Shown piece by piece: positions 18,910 through 26,837 of a stretch of 64,000 bases of DNA. A program made the translations under genes and the position numbers. Within the stretch, counting starts at the first letter, position 1, and every line of letters begins with the position of its first letter. The stretch covers positions 2,588 to 66,587 of the forward strand of contig CACXZI010000002.1 in the NCBI GenBank assembly GCA_902772105.1, in the 5' to 3' direction. The notes beneath the pieces were generated by a model. That model saw only the letters and a list, made by a program, of their open reading frames with translations. It was not told the origin of the DNA and searched no databases. Source of the stretch: Oscillospiraceae bacterium (lineage in GTDB: Bacteria; Bacillota; Clostridia; Oscillospirales; Ruminococcaceae).

Positions 18910-20424
18910 TTAAATAATTGGAATAATTAACATAGATTCATTAGCTATTGTTTCATCCTTTATGTTATTTGCTTCAGCAATTGCTAAAGGGGAAGTTTTA
19001 AAGTTTTTTGCAATATCCCAAATTTTTTCTCCAGTTTTTGGATAATATAACGTTAAAGCAGCCTTTGTAGGTTCTTTAATTTTTGTTTCGTCTATTGTTA
19101 TGTTTTTTAAGGTTTTTAAATTTCCACTTGTATAAATAAAACCTTTTATGTTAAATTTAATTTTTAATTTAATTGAACCATTATCTTTTAATTCAAAATT
19201 TATTTTTAATATTGTTAAATTGTTTATGTTAATTTTAGTGTAGTCATAAATAACGTTATCATTTTTTATTTCAAATTCTATTGGAATAGATTTAAATAAA
19301 GATTCTAGTGTATCATCTTTATTTGCAGCTAAAATGTTTAAATCTAGTTTTGCTTTAAAATCAATTTTATTTTTCTTTTGCATATGGTTTATTTCAGTTA
19401 TATTTGCATCAATATCAAAAAGTTTTGAAATATTAATATTTTTTAAGTTTTCTTCAATTTCAATTTCTTCATTTATTGTGGAAACATATGATGTTGAATT
19501 GAATTGTTTTTCTTTAAAATTTATTTCAAATTTTGTGGAAAAAGCATCAGTTACAACGTTTATTTGTTCAGATAAACTAGCAAAACTATCTATTAAAACA
19601 TCTGCTTTAACATTCAAAATTTTTCCATCTTGTGAAATTTCAAATGTAATTGAATTAACATCATATTTAACGTTATATAAAAAGTTTTCGTTGATTTTTT
19701 GAAGATCTATTATGTTGTTTATTGAAACTGAACTTTTTTCTAAAATTGGAGTGTTTTTTGTTTCTCCACAATATAAAATTTCTATATGTGCAACCGATTT
19801 AGCAATGATCTTATTTTGAATAACTTTAAATTCATCATCAGCAATTTTAACCCTAACATCTAAAATTTCTTTACAAATTTCACTTAGTTCTATTTGTTCA
19901 TTAATATCAAATTGTTGCGTAGACCAGATTTGATCTGAAGTTATTTTTATTGGGGATAATTTTAATTGTAGATCTTCTTCTGCTGCAGATTTTAAAACAT
20001 TTTCTTCTTTTTGTAGTTGAACTTTAACTGGAATTAAAAGATTTGCTTTTATGTCTATTTTTTTAGGACTTATTATTTTACAATTTTTATATGTTGTTTT
20101 AACGTCATAAAATAAAATAGCATTTGAAATATCTTCATCAAGTTCCACTGTTTTTGAAAATGGTATGTTTTGATGTAATGCTTTAATATCTCCTTCTTCT
20201 TCGTCAATATATAGAAGTTTTACTTTAGCATTTCCATCAACTATAAATTGGTTATTTAAGGTTCTGCAAGAAGAAATATGTGGTTCTAATTCAAACTGTA
20301 AAACTTTAAATATTCCTGTGTAGTAGTCTGGTAGCTGATATGAAAAATCTATTGAGTGTTCTAAATTTTTATTAAATATTAATTTATTGATTTTAACTTT
20401 TTCGTATGTTAAATTGGCTTTCAT
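18910..20424 (-). CDS. DUF3794 (SPOCS)-repeat protein with C-terminal LysM domain; SipL/SpoVID-like coat morphogenetic protein
   Basis: 504 aa. The C-terminal YYPKTGEKIWDIAKNFKTSPLAIAEANNIKDETIANESMLIIPI fits the LysM consensus. The architecture and adjacency to spoIVA fit clostridial SipL. Strong AGGGAGG RBS. Confidence 0.65.
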   Translation of the reverse strand: MKANLTYEKVKINKLIFNKNLEHSIDFSYQLPDYYTGIFKVLQFELEPHISSCRTLNNQFIVDGNAKVKLLYIDEEEGDIKALHQNIPFSKTVELDEDISNAILFYDVKTTYKNCKIISPKKIDIKANLLIPVKVQLQKEENVLKSAAEEDLQLKLSPIKITSDQIWSTQQFDINEQIELSEICKEILDVRVKIADDEFKVIQNKIIAKSVAHIEILYCGETKNTPILEKSSVSINNIIDLQKINENFLYNVKYDVNSITFEISQDGKILNVKADVLIDSFASLSEQINVVTDAFSTKFEINFKEKQFNSTSYVSTINEEIEIEENLKNINISKLFDIDANITEINHMQKKNKIDFKAKLDLNILAANKDDTLESLFKSIPIEFEIKNDNVIYDYTKININNLTILKINFELKDNGSIKLKIKFNIKGFIYTSGNLKTLKNITIDETKIKEPTKAALTLYYPKTGEKIWDIAKNFKTSPLAIAEANNIKDETIANESMLIIPII

Positions 20425-20476
20425 ATATTTTTTCCTCCCTTTTTAAACAAACACAAAGATTTAGTGTTTTTATTAA

Positions 20477-20505
20477 AAATTATGAAACTAATAAAAATAA
20501 TATGT
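20477..20505 (-). promoter_or_regulatory. Weaker sigma-E-like promoter candidate for the SipL-like gene
   Basis: The minus strand reads ACATATT, 14 nt, CATAATTT. The -35 matches 6/7 and the -10 matches 5/8 of the sigma-E consensus. Confidence 0.3.
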
Positions 20506-20591
20506 CTTTATTAAAAAAATAATTTTTATAATTTAATTAATGACAAGTAATAAGAAAATTCACTTTTAAAGTGCTTTAATTTAAATAGTTA

Positions 20592-20620
20592 TTGACAAAA
20601 CATTACTTTTTGATTATAAT
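20592..20620 (+). promoter_or_regulatory. Consensus sigma-A promoter of rubrerythrin (and probably adhE)
   Basis: Perfect TTGACA, 17 nt, TATAAT. The TTG listed as the ORF start at 20592 is in fact the -35 hexamer. Confidence 0.6.
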
Positions 20621-20660
20621 TGTTTTGTTATTTTGCAATTTAAGGGAGGTTTTATTTATA

Positions 20661-21200
20661 ATGTCAACCAAAAAATTAGATCCAGAAAGTAAAACATTTA
20701 AAGATTTAAAAGAAGCTCTTGCAGGGGAGTCTCAAGCAGCTTTGAGATATATGTTTTATGCAACGAAAGCAAAAAAAGATGGTTATGAAGAAATTGCAGA
20801 TATTTTAAATTTCATTGCACATAATGAAATACAACACGCAAAAATTTGGTATAAAACATTAAATGAAGGAATGTCTGATACTTTAAAAAACATAAAGTCT
20901 GCTGCAAATGGTGAAAAATATGAGTGGGACTATATGTATAAAAATTTTGAAAAAGATGCAAAAGAAGAAGGATATGAAGAAATTGCAAGATTATTTAGTG
21001 AAGTGGGAAAAATAGAAAAAGATCATGAAGCAACATATAATAGAATAATTGAATCTTTAGAAAAAGGAATTGTTTTTGAATCAGATGAAGAATGTTGTTG
21101 GTTATGTAGAAACTGTGGGCATTTACATTTTGGAAAAAAACCTCCAGAAAGTTGCCCTGTTTGTAGTCATCCAAAAGCATTTTTTCAGAAAAGAAAATGA
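20661..21200 (+). CDS. rbr: Rubrerythrin
   Basis: GGGAGG RBS 10 nt before the ATG at 20661. Has ferritin-like diiron E..H motifs (AGESQAALRY, HNEIQHAKIW, EKDHEATY) plus a C-terminal rubredoxin-like CRNCG...CPVCSHP. Confidence 0.9.
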   Translation: MSTKKLDPESKTFKDLKEALAGESQAALRYMFYATKAKKDGYEEIADILNFIAHNEIQHAKIWYKTLNEGMSDTLKNIKSAANGEKYEWDYMYKNFEKDAKEEGYEEIARLFSEVGKIEKDHEATYNRIIESLEKGIVFESDEECCWLCRNCGHLHFGKKPPESCPVCSHPKAFFQKRK

Positions 21201-21239
21201 TAAATTAGATATATTTTAAGGTATGAGAGGAAGGTTAGA

Positions 21240-23852
21240 ATGGAAGAAAAAAATAATTTTGACATTGTTAACAGTGTTGAAAGTTTAAAAAATGCATTAG
21301 AAAAAGTTAGATCTGCTCAAGAAGAATTTTCAAAGTTCACTCAGGAGCAGGTTGATAAAATATTTTTAGAAGTTGCAATGACGGCAAACCAGAATAGAAT
21401 TGCTCTTGCTAAAATGGCTTTTGAAGAAACTGGAATGGGAGTTTTGGAAGACAAAGTAATTAAAAATCATTTTGCTTCTGAATATATATATAATAAATAT
21501 AAAAATGTTAAAACATGCGGTGTGATAGAAGAAGATAGGGAATTTGGAATAACAAAAATTGCAGAACCTATTGGAATTGTTGCAGCAATAGTTCCAACAA
21601 CAAACCCAACATCAACAGTTATTTTTAAAACTTTGATATCTTTAAAAACAAGAAATGGAGTTATTATTTCTCCACACCCAAGAGCAAAAAAATCAACAAT
21701 AGCAGCAGCAAAATTGGTTTTAAAAGCAGCTGAAAAAGCAGGAGCACCAAAAGGAATTATTAGCTGGATTGATGAACCTTCTTTAGAACTTACTAATATG
21801 CTTATGCAACAAGCAGACACAATTTTAGCAACCGGTGGACCAGGAATGGTTAAAGCAGCCTATTCTTCGGGAAAACCAGCAATAGGTGTTGGAGCAGGAA
21901 ACACACCAGCATTAATTGATGAATCTGCTGATATAAAAACTGCGGTTATGTCTATTATTCATTCTAAAACTTTTGATAATGGACTTATTTGTTCGTCTGA
22001 ACAGTCTTGTGTTGTTCATGAAAAAATATATGACAAAGTTAAAGAAGAATTTAAGTTACGTGGTTGTTATTTTCTAAAAGATGATGAAATTGAAAAGGTT
22101 AGAAATGTTATTTTAATAAATGGGGTTTTGAATGCTAAAATAGTTGGACAAAAACCCTGTAATATTGCAAAAATAGCTGGTTTTGAAGTTGATGAAAATG
22201 TTAAAGTTTTAATTGGTGAAGTTAGTGAAATAAAAGACGAAGAAGCATTTGCACACGAAAAATTATCTCCAATTTTGGCTATGTATAAAGCAAAAGATTT
22301 TGATGATGCTGTTAAAAAAGCAAAAGCATTGGTTGAATGCGGTGGAATAGGGCACACATGTTCTATTTATGTTGACAATGTTCGTGAAAGAGAAAAATTA
22401 AACAAATTCCAATCTGTTATGAAAACCTGTCGTGTTATGGTGAACACTCCTTCAGCACAAGGTGGAATAGGGGATATATATAACTTTGCACTAACACCTT
22501 CTTTAACCTTAGGATGTGGATCATGGGGAGGAAACTCGGTTTCTGATAATGTTGGAGCTTTGAATTTAATAAACGTTAAAAAAATTGTTGAGAGGAGAGA
22601 AAACATGCTTTGGTTTAGAGCACCACAAAAGGTATATTTTAAAAAAGGTTGCATGGGTGTTGCTATTAAAGAACTAAAAGAAGTTTTAAACAAAAAAAGA
22701 GCATTTATTGTAACGGACTCATTTTTATATAAGAATGGATATACAAAAAAATTAACAGGATATCTTGATGAGATGAATATTGAACATCACACATATTATG
22801 ATGTTGCGCCAGACCCAACAATTGCTTGTGCTGAAGAAGGGGTTAAGATAATGAAATCTTTTGAACCTGATGTTATAATTGCTGTTGGTGGTGGTTCTGC
22901 TATGGATGCTGCTAAAATTATGTGGGTTATGTATGAACATCCAGAAGTTAAATTTAAAGATTTAGCAATGCGTTTTATGGATATTAGAAAGAGGGTTTAT
23001 ACATTTCCAAAAGCAGGGGAAAAAGCTTATTTTGTTGCGTGTCCTACTAGTGCTGGAACTGGTTCTGAAGTAACTCCTTTTGCAGTTATAACCGATCAGG
23101 AAACACAAATTAAATATCCATTAGCAGATTATGAATTAATGCCAAATATGGCAATTGTAGATTGTGATCTTATGATGAACGCTCCAAAAGGGTTAACAAG
23201 TGCTTCTGGAATTGATGCTTTGGTTCATGCATTAGAAGCATATGTTTCGGTTATGGCAACAGGGTTTACTGATGGACTTTCTTTAATGGCTATGAAATCT
23301 GTTTTTGAGTTTTTGCCAAGAGCATATAATGATGGGCCAAATGATATTGTTGCAAGAGAAAAAATGGCAGAAGCAGCAACACAAGCTGGAATGGCTTTTG
23401 CAAACGCGTTTTTAGGAGTATGTCACTCAATGGCACATAAATTAGGAGCATATCACCACCTGCCACACGGAATTGCAAATGCTTTGTTGTTAACAATTGT
23501 TATGAGATATAATGCTGCTGAAAATCCTAAAAAAATGGGAACATTCCCACAATATAAATATCCACACACATTAAGAAGGTATTGTGAATGTGCTGAATAT
23601 TTAGGAATTAAAGGAAAAGATGATAACGACACATTAGATAAATTTATTGAAGCTATTGAAAAACTAAAAAAAGAAGTTGGAATAAAAGACACAATAAAAG
23701 ATTATGGAATTTCTGAAGAAGACTTTTTAAAAACACTAGATGAAATGTCTCAAATGGCTTTTGATGATCAGTGTACTGGAGCAAACCCAAGATATCCTTT
23801 AATTGAAGAAATTAAAGAGATGTTTAAAATGGCTTATTATGGTAAAAAATAA
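21240..23852 (+). CDS. adhE: Bifunctional acetaldehyde-CoA/alcohol dehydrogenase
   Basis: 870 aa. N-terminal ALDH domain (FDNGLICSSEQS) fused to an iron-ADH domain (GGGSAMDAAK, HSMAHKLG). Starts only 39 nt after rbr. Confidence 0.95.
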   Translation: MEEKNNFDIVNSVESLKNALEKVRSAQEEFSKFTQEQVDKIFLEVAMTANQNRIALAKMAFEETGMGVLEDKVIKNHFASEYIYNKYKNVKTCGVIEEDREFGITKIAEPIGIVAAIVPTTNPTSTVIFKTLISLKTRNGVIISPHPRAKKSTIAAAKLVLKAAEKAGAPKGIISWIDEPSLELTNMLMQQADTILATGGPGMVKAAYSSGKPAIGVGAGNTPALIDESADIKTAVMSIIHSKTFDNGLICSSEQSCVVHEKIYDKVKEEFKLRGCYFLKDDEIEKVRNVILINGVLNAKIVGQKPCNIAKIAGFEVDENVKVLIGEVSEIKDEEAFAHEKLSPILAMYKAKDFDDAVKKAKALVECGGIGHTCSIYVDNVREREKLNKFQSVMKTCRVMVNTPSAQGGIGDIYNFALTPSLTLGCGSWGGNSVSDNVGALNLINVKKIVERRENMLWFRAPQKVYFKKGCMGVAIKELKEVLNKKRAFIVTDSFLYKNGYTKKLTGYLDEMNIEHHTYYDVAPDPTIACAEEGVKIMKSFEPDVIIAVGGGSAMDAAKIMWVMYEHPEVKFKDLAMRFMDIRKRVYTFPKAGEKAYFVACPTSAGTGSEVTPFAVITDQETQIKYPLADYELMPNMAIVDCDLMMNAPKGLTSASGIDALVHALEAYVSVMATGFTDGLSLMAMKSVFEFLPRAYNDGPNDIVAREKMAEAATQAGMAFANAFLGVCHSMAHKLGAYHHLPHGIANALLLTIVMRYNAAENPKKMGTFPQYKYPHTLRRYCECAEYLGIKGKDDNDTLDKFIEAIEKLKKEVGIKDTIKDYGISEEDFLKTLDEMSQMAFDDQCTGANPRYPLIEEIKEMFKMAYYGKK

Positions 23853-23974
23853 ATTGATTAACAAATTTTAAAGTAAGGACATATAATAAAAATGAGCAAG
23901 AGGCAAACAAAAAAAGAGTTTAATATTTTAAGTCATATTTAAACTAGATGACTAAAAATTTATAGTTTTTTGAA

Positions 23975-24013
23975 ATCTCTTTTGTTGTCTTAATCAACAG
24001 AAGGGATTTTTTA
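23975..24013 (+). terminator. Rho-independent terminator after adhE
   Basis: 13-bp stem atctcttttgttg / caacagaagggat (two G-U pairs), 7-nt loop, then TTTTTT. Confidence 0.6.
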
Positions 24014-24109
24014 AATTTATTTAAATGAAAAAAGTGTAATTTTATAATATTATTTCATTTAATTATATAAAATTATTCTTTTCTCATTTAAAGTGAGTGG
24101 TGAGAATTT

Positions 24110-25015
24110 ATGTATTTTGTAATTAAAGAAATTTTAGAAAGCAGTAGTGAAAAATGCATAAAGACTAATAAAGAAAAATATGTTGCTGTTCTTAGTTCAA
24201 AAGAATGGAAAAAACAAAAAGAAAGTTTTAGTTTTCAAATAGATATAGAACTTGAAACATCTGAAATTCTTTCAACAACTGCGGATGTTAATTATGATTG
24301 TTTAACAGGAACATTTTGCATTCCAAATAGAGAAGATCTTTCAAAAGAAAATAAGTTTGCTTTTGCTTTAGACGAAAATGGAATAGTTTTTATTGATGAT
24401 AGTGGAACTGTTAAAGAAATTATTAAATCTATTAGAAAAGGGAAACGTTGGAGATTTCCTAGTTTAGAAAGATTTTTATATGATTTTTTAGATAATATAA
24501 TAAAAAATGATTTTAGGATTATGGAAAGTTATGAAAGAGAACTTGGCATGATGGAATACACAATAATGAAAGATGAAGAATTAGATCCAAACAGGGTTAA
24601 TGATATGCGAGGAGATATTAGAGATTTAAGAAATCACTATGAACAGCTTTTTGATTTAGGTCAACTTTTAAGAGAAAATGAAAACAATTTTTTTGATAAT
24701 CAAAATATAAGATATTTTACTTTATTTTTGAATAGAGTTGAAAGATTAAAAGATATTTCAGCTTCTGTTAGAGACTATACTGTTCAGGTTCAAGATCTAT
24801 ATAAATCACATTTAGATATTAAACAAAATCATATTATTACTATGCTTACAGTAATAACCTCTATTTTCATGCCACTTAATTTAATAACTGGGTGGTTTGG
24901 TATGAACTTTAATAATATGCCTGGATTAAAAAAAGGTTACCCCTTAGTTGTTGTAATTTCTGTTGCTATTGTTATTGCATGTTTATTATTTTTCAAGAAG
25001 AAAAAGTGGCTTTAA
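24110..25015 (+). CDS. corA: CorA-family magnesium/cobalt transporter
   Basis: 301 aa with two C-terminal TM helices and the signature GWFGMNF (GMN motif). Confidence 0.8.
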   Translation: MYFVIKEILESSSEKCIKTNKEKYVAVLSSKEWKKQKESFSFQIDIELETSEILSTTADVNYDCLTGTFCIPNREDLSKENKFAFALDENGIVFIDDSGTVKEIIKSIRKGKRWRFPSLERFLYDFLDNIIKNDFRIMESYERELGMMEYTIMKDEELDPNRVNDMRGDIRDLRNHYEQLFDLGQLLRENENNFFDNQNIRYFTLFLNRVERLKDISASVRDYTVQVQDLYKSHLDIKQNHIITMLTVITSIFMPLNLITGWFGMNFNNMPGLKKGYPLVVVISVAIVIACLLFFKKKKWL

Positions 25016-25111
25016 TTTAATGTTAATATTTTCCAATTTTCTACCAATTTTTAAATTTAAATTTTGTAAAATATATTTGTAAGATTTATTTTTAAGAAAA
25101 GAGGAATGTGG

Positions 25112-25270
25112 ATGAACACTATTAAATTAAAACATAAAATTGCACTTTCTTGTAATGGAGATTTAAAAAAATATTTTAATAAGATAGAAAAAATAAATAA
25201 ATTATTAATAAATAAAAATTCCAATTCTTTTAAAAATAAAGAATATATTGAAAAGTTAATTAAAAATTAA
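25112..25270 (+). CDS. Small (52 aa) K/N-rich hypothetical protein
   Basis: Not in the ORF track (under 60 aa). AGAGGA RBS 7 nt upstream of the ATG. Sequence MNTIKLKHKIALSCNGDLKKYFNKIEKINKLLINKNSNSFKNKEYIEKLIKN. A strong terminator follows 11 nt after the stop. Confidence 0.45.
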   Translation: MNTIKLKHKIALSCNGDLKKYFNKIEKINKLLINKNSNSFKNKEYIEKLIKN

Positions 25271-25281
25271 ATTATATTTAG

Positions 25282-25316
25282 CATTAACCAAGATAAGTTT
25301 TGGTTAATGTTTTTTA
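25282..25316 (+). terminator. Rho-independent terminator
   Basis: Perfect 10-bp stem cattaaccaa / ttggttaatg with an 8-nt loop, then TTTTTT. Confidence 0.7.
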
Positions 25317-25644
25317 ATATTTTGTATTTTAATTAATTAATATAAAAGGTTAATTTAGGATATGCTTAAAATTATTTATTTAGAATAATATGTTTAATAA
25401 AAAACTAAATTTTAAGCTATTTAAAAATAATTAAATATTATTAAAATTTAAATTAAAATTAAATAAAAAACTTTAATAAAATTTTATTTTATATTTTTTC
25501 AAGAAATTTTATCTTAAAAATTAAAATATATTTTTAACAGTTAAAATAAAATTTTTATTATTCAAAAATTATAAATAATTTAAGTGTAATTCACATGTTA
25601 TAAAAAATTTTAAATTTTTATATCTATCAAAATTTATAGATAGC

Positions 25645-25735
25645 TTTTAAGGTTCAATTAAAGTTTTGGATATATTATAATTTATATTTATTTAATAATT
25701 AAATGTTGAACTTTTTATTGTTTAAAATGTTATAT
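25645..25735. repeat. Diverged partial copy (A) of a ~400-bp-period intergenic repeat
   Basis: aagttttggatatattataatttatatttatttaataattaaatgttgaactttttattgtttaaaat aligns with the 3' parts of copies B and C. Confidence 0.5.
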
Positions 25736-25963
25736 ATAAAAATTAATTTATTATCTATTATGTTTTTAACATATAAAATAAAAATAAATCTATTTAATTT
25801 TTTTAAAATTATTTATTATTGTCGTTAAATTGTAAAAAATAATATAATTTTTAAGTTTATATATTTTTATTAAAAAAATCAAAAGTATTATTTTAAAATT
25901 TAAATAAAGTTTTAAATGTAAAATATAAGTTAACATTTTTTATTAAATTATTTAGGAATTATA

Positions 25964-26116
25964 AAATTTAAGTAAAAATATAAAAATTAAGATAACATGA
26001 AATTATGAATTAAATTTTATTGTCTATATTCTTAAAAAGTTTTTAAATAAGGTTTTAAATATACAATTTATATTTATCGAATAATTTAGATATTAAACTT
26101 TTATGTTTCGTTAAAT
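25964..26116. repeat. Copy B of the intergenic direct repeat
   Basis: aaaatttaagtaaaaatataaaaattaagataacatgaaattatgaattaaattttattgtctatattcttaaaaagtttttaaataaggttttaaatata... recurs 408 nt downstream. Confidence 0.8.
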
Positions 26117-26371
26117 AATAAAATTTTAAATATTATTAAAAATATTAGTTTATTCTATTAGATTATTGAAGATGTTAAATTTAAATTATTCAAAAATAAT
26201 AAAAATTAATATAGTATAAAACTATTAATGAAATTTTATTATATTATGTTTTAATTTAAATTTTAATAGATTAAAATATATTTTTTATAAAATTAATACA
26301 TATATATTTTTTTTAAAAAAAATATTAAAAATATTATTTATAATTAAAATTTTAATTTACTTGAAAATTAC

Positions 26372-26530
26372 AAAATTTAAATAAAAATATAAAAATTAAG
26401 ATAACATGAAATTATGAATTAAATTTTATTGTTATATTTTTAAAAAGTTTTTAAATAAAGTTTTAAATATATATATTATAATCTATTTTTATCAAATAAT
26501 TAAATATTAAATTTTTTATTGTTTAATTTT
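26372..26530. repeat. Copy C of the intergenic direct repeat
   Basis: The first ~100 nt differ from copy B at only about 4 positions by eye. The next ~55 nt are more diverged. Confidence 0.8.
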
Positions 26531-26773
26531 TAAAATATTATTTATGATAAAGAAAGTTTTTAGTTTTAAATTTATATTAAATACATTATTTTTTTTAAAA
26601 TTCGAATAATTTTTTAAATATAAATTATAGGCTATATTTTTTTTATTAAATAAATCTTTTATGTTTTAAATTTTTATATATTTTAAAATCAAAATTTTTT
26701 TAAATTTATTTTAAAATTGGTTACAATTTATCATAATTTGTAAATTATTATTAAATTAATAAAATATTAAAAG

Positions 26774-26802
26774 TTGCAAAAAAGATAAAATTTTATTATA
26801 AT
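26774..26802 (+). promoter_or_regulatory. Sigma-A-type promoter of lon
   Basis: TTGCAA, 17 nt, TATAAT, 36 nt upstream of the lon ATG. Confidence 0.5.
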
Positions 26803-26837
26803 TAAAAATAAAAAGTGTATATAAGGAGAAAAGTTAA

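Noticed and set aside
20613-20620. PerR/Fur-like box (ATTATAAT) at the rubrerythrin promoter
   Set aside because: The palindrome is only 8 bp and is simply the -10 hexamer plus two flanking bases. It does not extend to the 15-bp TTATAATNATTATAA PerR consensus.
23920-23971. 16-aa ORF (MSKRQTKKEFNILSHI) and the agtcat/atgact hairpin downstream of adhE
   Set aside because: The RBS-like AAGGA is 12 nt from the ATG, the ORF is tiny, and the hairpin lacks a T-run. The real adhE terminator is the following hairpin at 23975-24013.
24014-24109. Mg2+ (M-box) riboswitch upstream of corA
   Set aside because: The leader is under 100 nt and almost pure A/T, and it lacks the conserved GC-rich helices of the M-box.
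25317-26837. Possible CRISPR array or replication origin in the repeat-containing AT-rich spacer
   Set aside because: The repeats are about 150 nt long with a ~400-nt period, not 25-40-nt repeats with unique spacers, and no cas genes are present. I recognised no DnaA-box (TTATCCACA) cluster, and no dnaA, dnaN or parAB genes lie nearby.
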